Shown here: positions 27,300-40,719 of the stretch, one piece after another
How positions within the stretch are numbered: position 1 is the first letter of the stretch
How the letters are laid out: the number at the start of each line of letters is the position of its first letter
Origin: Octopus vulgaris
Taxonomy: Eukaryota
Length of the DNA: 64,000 bases
NCBI GenBank assembly: GCA_951406725.2
Contig: OX597843.1
Span: 14,322,001 to 14,386,000, forward strand
Direction of reading: 5' to 3'
Translations under genes and position numbers: made by a program
Notes under the pieces: generated by a model
The model's input: the letters and a program-made list of their open reading frames with translations, nothing else
Told to the model about the DNA's origin: nothing
Databases searched by the model: none

Positions 27300-28158
27300 G
27301 TTATTTCTACTAGGTCTAGCTATCATGTAGAGGTCTCACTCATTGGCTCATACATACATATATACATACGTAAGAGAGTAGGGTGTGATTTGAGGGAGAT
27401 TTGGCTGCTATTTCTACCAGGTCTAGCTACCATGTAGAGGTCTCACTCATTGACTCATACATAAGAGAGTAGGGTGTGATTTGAGGGAGATTTGGCTGCT
27501 ATTTCTACCAGGTCTAGCTACCATGTAGAGGTCTCCCTCATTGACTCATACATAAGAGAGTAGGGTGTGATTTGAGGGAGATTTGGCTGCTATTTCTACC
27601 AGATCTAGCTACCATGTAGAGGTCTCACTCATTGACTCATACATAAGAGAGTAGGGTGTGATTTGAGGGAGATTTGGCTGCTATTTCTACCAGGTCTAGC
27701 TACCATGTAGAGGTCTCCCTCATTGACTCATACATAAGAGAGTAGGGTGTGATTTGAGGGAGATTTGGCTGCTATTTCTACCAGGTCTAGCTACCATGTA
27801 GAGGTCTCCCTCATTGACTCATACATAAGAGAGTAGGGTGTGATTTGAGGGAGATTTGGCTGCTATTTCTACCTGGTCTATCTACAATGTAGAGGTCTCA
27901 CGCATTGGCTCATACATAAGATAGTAGGGTGTGATTTGAGGGAGATTTGGTTGCTATTTCTACCAGGTCTAGCTGCCATGTAGAGGTCTCCCTCATTGAC
28001 TCATACATAAGAGAGTAGGGTGTGATTTGAGGGAGATTTGGCTGCTATTTCTACCAGGTCTAGCTACCATGTAGAGGTCTCCCTCATTGACTCATACATA
28101 CATATATACATACATAAGACAGTAGGGTGTGATTTGAGGGAGATTTAGCTGTTATTTC
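27300..28158 (-). repeat. Satellite array (same family as 12375-13665, opposite strand): seven 91-bp units bracketed by 107-bp units
   Basis: TTTCTAC at 27304, 27411, 27502, 27593, 27684, 27775, 27866, 27957, 28048. Confidence 0.95.
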
Positions 28159-28404
28159 CAGGGCTGTGGAGTTGGAGTCAGAAATAATAGGTAGGTGGGA
28201 GTCTGTATAGTTTTACTGACTCTGACTCACAATATCTTTATTCTTTTTAATAAACCAGTCATAACATATGGGCCCCTTCAAAGTACAAGTGTATGCATGT
28301 GCTTTATGAGATATGTAGACCAGAATCCCTTAATTACATAAAAAGGAGCCAGAGGTGCCAATAGTAGGGGAGTCGGAGATTTTTGTTTTGACTCCACAGC
28401 CCTG
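28159..28404 (+). mobile_element. hAT-type MITE, copy 2
   Basis: TIR CAGGGCTGTGGAGT / ACTCCACAGCCCTG; flanks GTTATTTC (left) and GCTTTAAC (right). Confidence 0.85.
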
Positions 28405-29424
28405 GCTTTAACTCCACACACTCAATTACGTTTCAGTGTCCATGTGTTTGCATATAATTTGCACTGAGTGACATCTGCAAATGTTGTTGGCATTTATAAC
28501 GAAGCTGCAGCCAATTAGTGGCATCCGTTTGACCTTCCCTCTCAACAATTCATCCATAAGCCCAGTATTTTGGAATCCCTCTCAAATGAAAAATGGTTGG
28601 TGACAGCGAGAGCATCCAGCTGTAAAATCTAGCCCCAGAAGACTCCCTTCTCACCCCATGCCAGCATGGAAACGAAAGGGGTTAAACGAATGACTGCTGC
28701 TGTGTTGTTTTTGTTCAGATGCCCTTTCTTACAGCAGGTGACATCAGGGACCCTTAGGGGACCCCATAAATAAAATGCCCAGGCACAGATCTACGTGTGA
28801 GGGCCAGTGGAACTAACGTAATTCCATTTGAAAAGCAAGTAGGGGGTCAGCATTAGTAAGGGCATCAGGCTACAGAATACTGTTTCAATACTTTGCAACC
28901 AACCCATGTCAGCACAATGGTGGTGGTGGTCATGGTAATGACAGTAACGATGATTATGGTGATGGCAATGATGGTGATGATTGTGGTAGTGATGATGATG
29001 ATGATGGCAAGGAGAAGGATGATGACAGCGATGGAGGGGAAGTGGTAGTGATGATGATGATTGACTGAAGGGATTGGAAACAAACACCACAAGACATTCT
29101 ACCAAACGCTAACGACTGCTAATTAGCTACCCTCATCTAACTCATTCCAGTATGGAAAAAAAAAAAAAGACAAACCGACACGATGATGATGATGATGGTG
29201 ATTGTGGTAGTGATGATGATGATGATGATGGCAAGGAGAAGGATGATGACAGCGATGGAGGGGAAGTGGTAGTGATGATGATGATGATTATCTGGTTTTC
29301 CTAATTCTACCATTCTAAGAATTGATTAATCACAGAATATATTGGAAATAATTATTGAAGAATGAAAGGAATTTAAGATATTTAAATCAAATACCCCCCC
29401 CACACACACACCAGTACCAAAACA

Positions 29425-29860
29425 AGCATGCATATATACATACACACATACATGTACACATACACATACATACATGTACACATACATACATGTACACATA
29501 CACATATATACATACATATGTACACATACACATTATATATACATACATACACATACATACATGTACACATATACATACAGGTACACATACACACATACAT
29601 GTACACACACACATACATATACATACATGTACACATACATATATATACATACATGTACACATACATATATATACATACATGTACACATACATATATATAC
29701 ATACATGTACACATACATATATATACATACATGTACACATACATATATATACATACATGTACACATACATATATATACATACATGTACACATACATATAT
29801 ATACATACATGTACACATACATATATATATACATACATGTACACATACATATATATGCAC
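29425..29860. repeat. 26-bp minisatellite derived from a TA/CA microsatellite
   Basis: CATGTACAC at 29652, 29678, 29704 and onward. Confidence 0.9.
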
Positions 29861-30634
29861 CCACTCATGTATACACACACACGTTAAATATACCTCTCTC
29901 TCTATATATATATATGTCCGACATACACACAACAACATGGAATTTATGTCAAATAACATTTATACTTATAAACCTGAGCTCAAACACACACACTAACACC
30001 TACACAATATTCATACACAGAATTCAAATCTAATTTACACACACACATATTCCTACACACACATATTCCTACACACACACACACACACATATCCCTACAC
30101 ACACACACACACATATCCCTACACACACACACAACATATATACATACAAGTAATTTAAATGAAATAATAATTACACACACACTTTATTATTTACTGTTAA
30201 TGAAAGGAGAAAAGGGACCAGAACCCCTAGACCTTTTATAGGTTCCATAACACTGGTAGAAAGATGATAGGAAGTTGTCTTCAAACAGCAGAGCTGCTTT
30301 TCCCCTCTTATTTGTTGGTATCCCTTAAAGGTCAGGCATGAAAGGGCAACACCTGTGACCCTTTATATTTTCAGGGTCTCACACACTTAGGAAGAAAGGA
30401 TATAATCCAATATTGGTGTCAAGTCTTTAGCATTTAAACTAGCCAGGTCCAGCCTCTCAGACCTACCCAACAAGGCCATTCTCAAAATAATCCCATCATT
30501 GAAATCTCAAAGCTTTGAGATAATCCAGGATTAATTCAAAACAATGTGGATAAACAAGGATTACATTTGAGGGAGTAATATAACAATTAAAGGGTTAACC
30601 TTTAGCATTTAAAAGGGCCACATCTAGCTGAAGT

Positions 30635-30980
30635 GAAGGCACATGGGTCAGTGGTTAGAGGATTGAGATCACAATCAGGAGGTGGTTCAATCCCCAGACC
30701 GGGCTCTGTGTTGTGTCCTTGGGTAAGACACTTTATTTCACATTGCTCCAGTTTGCTCAACTGTAGAAATGAGTTGCAATGTCACTGGTACCAAGTTGTT
30801 TTGGCCCCTTTGCTTTTCCCTTGGACAACATCAGTGGCAGGGAGAGGGGTGGGGGTGGTATGCATCGGGGATTGATTGCTGGTCTCCCATAAGCCACCAT
30901 ACCCAGACTTGTGCCTCGGAGGAGAACTTTCTAGGTGCAATCCCATGGACATTCATGACTGAAGGGGCTCTTTATCCTTT
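30635..30980 (+). mobile_element. tRNA-derived SINE, family G
   Basis: tRNA-like head then TGTGTTGTGTCCTTGGGTAAGACACTTTATTTC; similar copy at ~33780-34100 and reverse partial at ~11520-11710. Confidence 0.7.
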
Positions 30981-31229
30981 ACATGTTCCATGAATACACC
31001 AGAAATAGAACCCCTTGAATGCTTGAAGGGAAGAGGTCGGGGAGGGAGGGGGGTCTTTACTTTTTTACCTAGCTGAAATATTTTGCATGTTTTATGTTCA
31101 AAACTGGCCAGATCCAACCTCTCAAACCTACCCTACAATGTCATTTAAAAAATAAATACACACACAGTTTGATAGGCTTCTTTCAGTTTCCGACTACCAA
31201 ATCCCCTCACAAGGACCTAAAGTGACATG

Positions 31230-31600
31230 TTCAGAAAGAAGCTATGCTAGGCCACTTACAAAGAACTACTCAAAAGCAGGTGAAACCCAGCACATATATT
31301 TTGTTGCCCTGACACTCAGGGATCAAACACGATACCTTACAACATACCTATGTCTCATGGTCTACCCAGTCACCTTCCCATCTGCCTCTCCCTAAACCTC
31401 TTCTCCTTCCTCCTCTAATTATCTTGTTCTGACCATCCTTCAAAGCTTTTTCCTTATGAATGTTTATGGGTGTGTGTATGTGTATTACTATACAGCTGTA
31501 ATGCCAAGAATGGCTATACACTTATACATACATACATACATACATACAGGAATATATACACACACAATGTAACTAAAATTAGTTAAGTTGGTATGCAGTG
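31230..31600. repeat. ~370-bp dispersed repeat, copy 1 (copy 2 at 41515-41879)
   Basis: Near-identical direct copies ~10.3 kb apart. Confidence 0.85.
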
Positions 31601-34149
31601 TGTATAATACATGTATGTAATGTACTTATAGCCTTGGGTCAACCAAAGCCTTGTCAGTGGATTTGATAGAAGGAAACTGAAAGAAGCCCATCATCTCTCT
31701 CACTATATATAAGAAAAATGAGAAAATAGAGATCAATCAATTAATAATTATATTTATTAATTGCAAAGAACAGGCATAATCTGTTAATGAGGCATTAACT
31801 GAACTATATATGTTTCTTTACTACCCACAAGGGGCTAAACATAGAGGGGACAAATAAGGACAGACAAAGGGATTAAGTCAATTACATCGACCCCAGTGCG
31901 TAACTGGTACTTAATTTATCGACCCCGAAAGGATGAAAGGCAAAGTCGACCTCGACAGAATTTGAACTCAGAACGTAACGACAGACGAAATACCGCTAAG
32001 TATTTTGCCCGGCGCGCTAACGTTTCTGCCAGCTCGCCGCCTTCTAACTGTGCTATATATATATGTGTGTGTGTGTATGTACATACACACACATGCATAT
32101 GCGTGTGTGTTTATTCTCCACCACTACTTGACAACCAGTGTTGGTGTGTTTATGTTCCTATAACTTAGTGGTACGGCAAAACAGACTGATCAAATAAATA
32201 CCAGGCTTCACAAAAACCAAAAAAAAAGAAGTAATAAGTGCTGACGTTGATTACTTTTTCTGAAATCCTCCAAGGTGGTGCCCCAGCATGGCCTCTGTCT
32301 ATTGACTGAAACAAGTTGATGAAAAGAAAGGGAAATAACTGAAATAGGCCAATGGCATGAAGACACTTAAAATAAGTGAGAGGCTGATGAAGGGAGAGGC
32401 TGATGGGGGAAGAGGATGAACAGATCTCCTCCTCAATGAGCTGGAATTTCCTCAATGGAAGAAAGAAGAAGATTAGACTCGTTAACAGAATTACTGAAAT
32501 GCTTTGGTTTTAGTTCGTTAACTAAGACGGAAATGTTAACGTCAGTCAGTACATCACGACACTTACTGGTTTATGCGGATACACTGGCAGTGGGTGCGTG
32601 CGTGTTTGCCTATATGTGTGCATGCGTATGGGAGTGTTTGTGTCTGTGTGTGCGTGCATATGCACATGTGTACATGTGTGTATTTGTATGTGCGTGTTGG
32701 AAAGCGTGTTTGCATGCATATGTGCATGCGTATGTGAGTGTTTGTGTGTGTGTGAGTGCACATTGTTTGCGTGTGCATGCACGTGCGTATTTGTGTGTGT
32801 GTGTTGGAAAGCGTTTTTGCATATATGTGTGCATGTGTTTGTGTGCATGCGTATGTGTTTGTGTCTGTGTGTGCGTGCATATGCGTATGTGTGCATATAT
32901 GTGTATTTGTGTATGTGCATGTTGGAAAGTGTGTTTACATGCATGTGTGTGTGTGTTTACACGCGCATGTGGCTATCTTGTTTCATTCATTAGACTGCAG
33001 CCCATGCTGGAGCACCACTTTGTAAACTTTTAGCTGAATGAATCCACTCAACTACTTATTCCATCAGTCTCTTTTTACCAAACTGCTAAGTTACAGAGGT
33101 GTAAACAGACAACATCGGTTATCAAGCAGTACTGGGGGACAAACACAAACATAGATGTGTATGACAGGCTTCTTTCAGTTTCCGTCTACCAAATCCACTA
33201 ACAAGGCTTTGGTCGGCCCGAGGCTATAGCAGAAGACACTTGCCCAATGTGCCATGCAGTGGCACAGACCCCAGAACCATGAGGTTGGTAAGCAAGCTAC
33301 TTACCACACAGCCATGACTATTACTGCACTACACATGTTCACACACAAATGCCACACACATTTGGCTTTATTACACATTAAACACAACCATCAATAACAC
33401 ACACACACACACACACACAGAGGCGCAATGGCCTAGTGGTTAGGGCAGCGGACTCGCGGTCGTAGGATCGCAGTTTCGATTCCCAGACCGGGCGTTGTGA
33501 GTGTTTATTGAGTAAAAACACCTAAAAGCTCCATGAGGCTCCGGCAGGGGGTGGTGGCCATCCCTGCTGTACTCTTTCGCCACAACTTTCTCTGACTCTT
33601 TCTTCTGTTGGCCTGCTCGCTTAGCCAGTGGGGTGGCGTCATTTGAAGGCTAAAACAATGCAAAGCGCATTGTGACCAGCGATGTGTAGCAACATCTGAT
33701 AGCCTGGTCGGTCACGGTGATATATATGTATATATATATACACACACATACATTTATGTACAGATATATACATTCCTCATGGCTCATTGTTTAGAGTAGC
33801 AAGCTCACAATCATGAGGTAGTGAGTTCGATTCCTGGACTGGGCTGTGTGTTGTGTTCTTGAGCAAGACACTTCATTTTTACACTGCCCCAGTTCACTCA
33901 ACTGTAGAAATGAGTTGCAATGTCACTGGTGCTGAGCTGTCTATTGGGCTTTGCTTTACCCTTGGATAAGGTCAGAACATCAGTGGTGTGGAGACAGGAG
34001 GCTGGTATGCATGGGCGACTGCTGGACTTCCATAAACAATCTTGCCTGGACTTGCACCTCGGAGGGGAACTTTCTAGGTGCAATCCTATGGTCATACACC
34101 AGAAATGGAACCCCTTGAATGCTTGAAGGGCTGAGTGGAAGAAGGTGAT

Positions 34150-34545
34150 GGTTTTTGCATCCTAGGAGACATATGAACAAGGGAGGTGGTTGCTCTGAAA
34201 GTATAGAAGCTAGAGTAAGAACTGGTTGGAAAAGGTCTAAGGAGCTAGATTGTATAACGATTGTGTAAGAATGCAGAGGATGAGAGAGGACAGAATGATG
34301 CAAGCGTTCTCTGCGTGAATGTTGTGCTGAGAGAAAAAAATGGGCATCAGACGAATCAGATGTTGTGTTCAAGAAAGAAGCACTCTACTGGTCTGGACAT
34401 ACAACTTGGATGAGGACAGTGTCCGAGGAAGATCTAGGAAGGTATGGGATGAAGTGGTGAAGGCTCACCTCGGGATCCTAAGCCTCAGAGAGAAGGACAG
34501 AGGACCAGGATACCCAGTGATATGAGGTTCTGGAGAAAACCTGCC
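34150..34545 (+). pseudogene. Decayed RTE-clade LINE ORF fragment
   Basis: GGGCSESIEARVRTGWKRSKEL and LREKMGIRRIRCCVQER...RGRSRKVWDEVVK resemble the RTE C-terminal region. Confidence 0.6.
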
Positions 34546-36940
34546 CATCGCGGAGAAACTGATTTCTAAAAGCACTGTGTGGGTCTTGGGGATATATATA
34601 TATATATCTAGACACCAATATCTAAGTGTTATCCAAGCTTAATAAGATTATCTGTGAAGAAAATGAATCTCAATGTAATTAATCTGCAGAAACCAGGAAT
34701 CTACAAACACTTTCCACTTTCCTCAGAACAATGAGACGAAGGCACCAAAATCCATCTACAAACAGCGGGGTGGCGTCATTTGAAGGCTAAAACAATGCGA
34801 AGCGCATTGTGACCAGCGATGTGTAGCAACATCTGATAGCCTGGTCGGTCACGGTGATCACGTGATATATATATATGTAAAGACACACACACCCAACTAA
34901 AAGATCATTAGGCCACAGATTAGGTTAGTTTCTGAGGTATTGAAAGCTGAGTGGAAGCCTCACTCCTTCTGGAATGTTCTCTGTTTGCAGATGTGTTTAG
35001 TGTTACTGGTGTTGTGGTGAGTACGTGTGTGTGGGGGGGGGGAATGCGGGTGCTGAATCATCCCACCCAGAGAGGCTGCTGGTGGTACACATTTCTAGAC
35101 AACAGCAGAATGAAACGAAGAAGGGTTTTGCTCAGGGAACACATTTTGCAGAAATTGAACCCACGAGTCTTCTGATTGCGAAATCACCCTAACCCCAACC
35201 CTAACCACTAAGCCATATGTCTGTCCCCATGCCCCTTCCCCCTTTTCTCTCAATTGATAGACACAGAGAGATTGACAGATAGACAAACAAACAGAGATAC
35301 AACTACAGACACACAGACAGACATACTCAGAAATATACACAGGAAGCAACACTAGCAATACCTGGGCGGGTGTGTCGGTAGATACAGGTGTGTCAAGAAG
35401 TTTGCTAACCAAAACTTAGCTTCAGGTTTCAGTCCCACCTTGTGGCACATCAGGCAAATATCTTCTATAACCCCAGGCCAACCAAAGTCTTGTGAGAGGA
35501 TCCAGTAGACAGAAATCCATTGTATGGATGGAGTGGGCAGAAGAAAATACAAGAGGATCAGATAATTGGAATTATATTCCACATATTTCTTTTTCAGATC
35601 CACACAGTTATTGCAGCGGTCCTTCAGTTTTTCTAAGCCCTGTAAAAAGAACTCACAAGGTTGGGCCTCCAGCCAGGCCTACCACAATACCCTTAAAACC
35701 AGTAACTTTTCAGCGCCCCTCAAATACACAAACACAAGGGTATACTGAAAGGTTCCTGGCTTTAAGTGAAAGAAAATACAGGAGGATCAGTTAATTATGA
35801 TTTTATTCATCATGTTCCCCTCTCTGATTCACACACTTACTGCAGTGGTCCTTCAGTTTTTCAAAGCCCTGTAACTTGGGAAGTTGGGCCTCCAGCCAGG
35901 CCTTTTGTGATACCCTTAAAGCACCCCATCGTATATGTATGTATGCATGAATGTAGGTTTTGACATTGCATGATGTCTGGCTCATGGGGTAATATCATCT
36001 TGCTTGGAAAAAGGCTGATAACAGGAAGGGGACACTTGGCTGCAAAAATTCTGCCCAACCCATGCAAGCTTGGAAAAGGGGATGTTAGCCTGATGATGAT
36101 GATGATGAGGTGGGCTGTTGATAGACAAAGTGAAAGTGAAGTTCTAAAGCAATTGATCTACGTGTGTGTGTGTGTTTTTCAGTCATTGATCTGTGGCCAT
36201 ACTGGAGCACAAATTTTCTTCCTTGGAACTTATTCTATCCGTCTTTTATGCTGAACTTCAATTTCTACCTTCCAGATCCAGCGACAAGGATTTTGACTGG
36301 ACTGGTGAAAGCTATAGCAGAAGAAAGATACTTGCTCAAGGTGCCATGCAGCAGGACTGAACCCAAACCCATGAGCTTGCAAAACGAGTGCTTTTCCACA
36401 CAACCATGCTTGTATCACACACACCTTTTATCTTGGTTCAGATAATTAGACCGTGGCCATGCTGGGGCACTGCCATGAAGGAATTTTAGTCAAATAAACA
36501 AACCCCAGAACTTCAGTTTTTTAAACCCTGGAACTTATTCTATCAGTCTCTTTTGCCAAACTGCTAAGTTACAAGGATGTAAACACACCATCGTCGGTTG
36601 TTGATGGTGGTGGGGACAAACATACTGCATGATGGGTTTATTTTGGTTCAACCCATCAACCCAACCCACTCACAAGGTTTTGGTCCATTCAAGGCTATAC
36701 AGAAGACACTTACCCAAAGTGACACACAGTGAGACTGAACCCGGTACCTCGTGGTTGGCAAGCAAGCTTCTTACCACACAGCCACAAACTCAATATAATT
36801 GGATAGGTGTCGGAGTGGATGTGTGGTAAGAAGCTTGCTTCCCAACCACATGGTTTCAGGTTCAGTCCCACTGCCTGGCACCTTGGGCTGACCAAAGCCT
36901 TGTGTGTGGGTTTGGTACACAGAAACTGAAAAGAAGCCTG

Positions 36941-36982
<42 letters not shown>

Positions 36983-38617
36983 CGCTAAATGATGATGATG
37001 ATGTATGTGTGTGTGTGACTGTCTGTCTGTGTTTGTCTCTCCCACCGTCACATGACAACCGATGTTGGTGTGTTTACATCCCTGTAATTTAAGAGTTCGA
37101 CAAAAGAGACCGATAGAATAAGTACTAGGCTTATAAAAAATTAAGTCTTGGTGTCGATTTGTTCAACTAAAGGCGGTGCTCCAGCATGGCCACAGTGAAA
37201 TGACTGAAACAAATAAAAGAATAATAAATATGGAGTACAACACATTTAGAATGGAAACCTCAATCGCCCTTACTCTGAGTTTCTTTTCAGTTTCTGTCTA
37301 CCAAATCCACACAGAAGGCTTTGGTCGGCCCAAGGTGCCAGGCAGTGGGACTGAACCTGAAACCATGTGGTTGGGAAGCAAGCTCCTTACCACACATCCA
37401 CTCCTACACCTATCCAATTATATTGAGTTTGTGGCTGTGTGGTTTATTCGCAGCATGAAACATGTGGCAGAAAAAGATGCACACATGTGTGTGTAAATGG
37501 ATGACTGTATGTTGTTGTGTACCTAAAACAAAGAAAGGGGTCAGGGGAAAAAAAACAAGCACCCCATATAAAACAACAAAGGCATATAAATATATAAATA
37601 AATATAACATTCCATGTGGAAGATGAAGATCCCCGATTGCCAGAGTTTCATCCGTGGAGAAGATGAGAGAAACAAGAAATGAAGGGGAATGGCCAAGAAG
37701 TTTGGGTTCTGAGGAAATTAAATGAAAGATAATAATAAAAAAAATACCTGGAGAGTAATTGTGGAGATCCATGGTGGTAGGAAATATGTGTACAACCTCT
37801 ATAAACAAGTAAGATATGTAAATGTGTGTGTGTGTAGGTGTTTCTTTGTTATGTGTGTGTGTTATTGGTGTATTTGTATATATACATACACACTGCTAAA
37901 TAATTGTGTGTGTGTACAAATGCAAATATGTTTATATGTACAGTTGTGTTGGCGTGTGTAAATGAATGAAGTTACATGTGTGTGTCTAGGTCAGAGCTTT
38001 AAATGCATGAAACTGTGAGAAACTTTGTGTAAATGAGAGAGAAAGAAAAAGTATTTATTGAAATGGTGTTTTTGTGTGAATTAGGAATTTTTATGTGTTT
38101 GTATGTGTGTATGTATATATATGGTATTTGTATATAATGTGTCTATGTATCCAAGACTGTGTATGTGTGTGTGTATTTATGTATAAATGTATGTGTATGT
38201 ATTACACACACGTGTGTGTGTGTGTGTAATATGGAGCAGAAAGTCCAGTCCAGTGGCAGCTAAAATCCAGAAGGAAGTCAGACAAGTCTGAAGAATTTGG
38301 TAGAAAAGGGGAAAAAAGAAGCCAGTTGACAACTTTGAATATAAACTGTTGAAAAAGGAGAAGGGAGAGGAGGGGGGGAAACAGAGATGATAACAACAAC
38401 AACAACAACAACCGATATACAATCAGTTCATCCTTCCTTTCCCCTCTTTTCAGAACTTCCTTGAGAAGAACAGAATTGAGTGAGAGAGAGTGACGACATG
38501 GAGTGTGTGTGTGTTGTATGAGAGAGAGATAGAGATAGAGAGATAGAACGATGATGAGTAAATGAGAGAGAGAGAGAGAGAGATGGATAGATAGGTAGAC
38601 AGATAGGAGAGACAGAT

Positions 38618-38658
<41 letters not shown>

Positions 38659-39782
38659 GTAGAAATAAAGAGCTATGGAGAGAGTAAGAAGTGAATATGT
38701 GAGAACCACAAAGGCAGAGAATGGGAATGAATGAATATGCAAGAAATAGAGAGAGGAGGAGGAGGAGTAGAGAATTAGAGAGCAAGAGAGAGGGGGGGAA
38801 TTGAAGACCAAGAGGAGAGGGTCAGAAATGTAGAGAGGTAGGAGTAGAGGACTAGAGTGAAGAAGGGGAGGAGGAGAAATTTAAAGAGAGGAGTAAAGGA
38901 CATGGGAAAGGGGAGGAACGAAATACTAGGAATAGCGAACTACAGCAAGAGAGAGAGAAGGGAAGAGTTAAAAAGACAAGGCGGAGGGAGGGAGTAGAGA
39001 AGTAGAAAGAAAGGGGAGGGGAAGGAGTGGACAGAAAGGGAAAGTGTGAAAGGAGGAGTGAAGTGACAAGGAGAGGGTGTAGTGATGTTGTTAGTGTTGT
39101 CGCTGATGATGATGATGATGATGTTACTGATATTAATAGCTGTTTGAGAGGAAGATGGGAAGGGGGAGGAGAGAAATAGCGTTGATAGCAGTGGGAAGGA
39201 AGGAGGAGGAGGAGGAGATGGTAGTGTTGTCCAGTCATGATGAAAGACAGAGATTAATGACTTGAGTGAAAGAGAGAGAGAAAGAGTGCGAGTGTGCGTG
39301 CGTGCGTGTGTGTGTGTCTGTGTGTGTGTGTCTGTGCGTGTGTCAGTCAGTCAGTCAGTCAGTCACAGCAGCAGCAGCAGTCGTTGTAAGACTGTCATAG
39401 CATGCCTGTGTGTCAGTCCCCTTCTCCATCCATCTGCCGTCTGTCATCCTGATTAATCAGGAGGAACCCTCTTCAGTTGTAAAAACTGTCATCACCAATC
39501 TACACACACATCTGCTTTTTACATAATTTCCTTCTGAATCCCCTTCCATTTTGTCTCCATCCTTCTGTTCACTCACACAGCTTCCCCACATCTCTCTATC
39601 TCTCTACATTTATCGATCTATCGTACATCTCTACCTGTCTCTCTCTCTCTCTCTCTCTCTATTATCTTTTACTAATTCCACTCACTAGACTGCGGCCACG
39701 CTGGGGCACAAATCAACCCCAGTAAACACAATTTGTCGAGCAGTGGCGAAAGAAATATACGCACACACGATATATATATATA

Positions 39783-40396
39783 CAGGGTTGGCCAAAAGTC
39801 ACCCGACACTAAATCGAAACCTTTTCAGTCAAAGATTTATGGGCGATCTTTCGTCTCTAGTAGACCTTTCCGTCGATTTCCGTAAAAATTTTTTTTTCTT
39901 TTTACATATGGGCTTGCGGGAACTTTTGAAGTAATATACATACATATACACATACACCGAGTAAAAAATTTCAGTTATCTCTTTCTTTCACACATTATTC
40001 TGTCTCTTCACACACACTAACAGAAGCACTTCACTTACACAACATACTGTCTGTCTCACACACCCCATCAAACACACACACATGTACATCAATGCTTCAC
40101 ATGCACGGTAACTTCAAAAGAACTTCCCTCGTCATACAATCGCTTCCTCTTAGTCTCTTTCGCTCTCATTACTTCAAAAGTTCCCGCAAGCCCATATGTA
40201 AAAAAAAAAATTTTACGGAAATCGACGGAAAGGTCTACTAGAGACGAAAGATTGCCGATTTATGTTTAAACAACTGAACGAATTTAATAAAAGCATCTAA
40301 ATATGAAACATCATGAAAATTGTCCTTCAGTCACGCATATTCTTCATTCGAATTAATAAAGAATTACAGAGAGTATTTATGGAATTTTAATTTACT
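39783..40396 (+). mobile_element. Tc1/mariner-like left-end relic hosting a MITE
   Basis: TA|CAGGGTTGGCCAAAAGTCACC terminus; no right TIR found. Confidence 0.5.
39842..40256. mobile_element. 415-bp MITE with ~90-bp TIRs, GG..CC ends and perfect 8-bp TSD, Merlin-like
   Basis: GATTTATG|GGCGATCTTTCGTCTCTAGTAGACC...GGTCTACTAGAGACGAAAGATTGCC|GATTTATG. Confidence 0.85.
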
Positions 40397-40680
40397 GTGT
40401 GTGTGTGTATATATATATACTCTTTTACTCTTTTACTTGTTTCAGTCATTTGAATGCGGCCATGCTGGAGCACCGCCTTTAGTCGAGCAAATCGACTCCA
40501 GGACTTATTCTTTTGTAAGCCTAGTACTTATTCTATCGGTCTCTTTTGCCGAACCGCTAAGTTACGGGGACGTAAACACACCAGCATCGGTTGCCAAGCG
40601 ATGTTGGGGGAGGGGAGCAAACACAACACACAAAACATATACACACACATACATATATACGACAGGCTTCTTTCAGTTTA

Positions 40681-40719
<39 letters not shown>

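Noticed and set aside
29355-30033. Long His/Thr/Tyr/Ile-rich ORFs in several frames
   Set aside because: Translations of a stop-free TA/CA minisatellite.
32455-33033. 192-aa Cys/Val-rich ORF
   Set aside because: Degenerate (TG)n repeat open on both strands.
35540-35920. Two-copy ~230-bp local repeat with a possible small exon (tttttcag...AAG/gttggg)
   Set aside because: Second copy lacks the acceptor, no recognisable protein, no partner exons.
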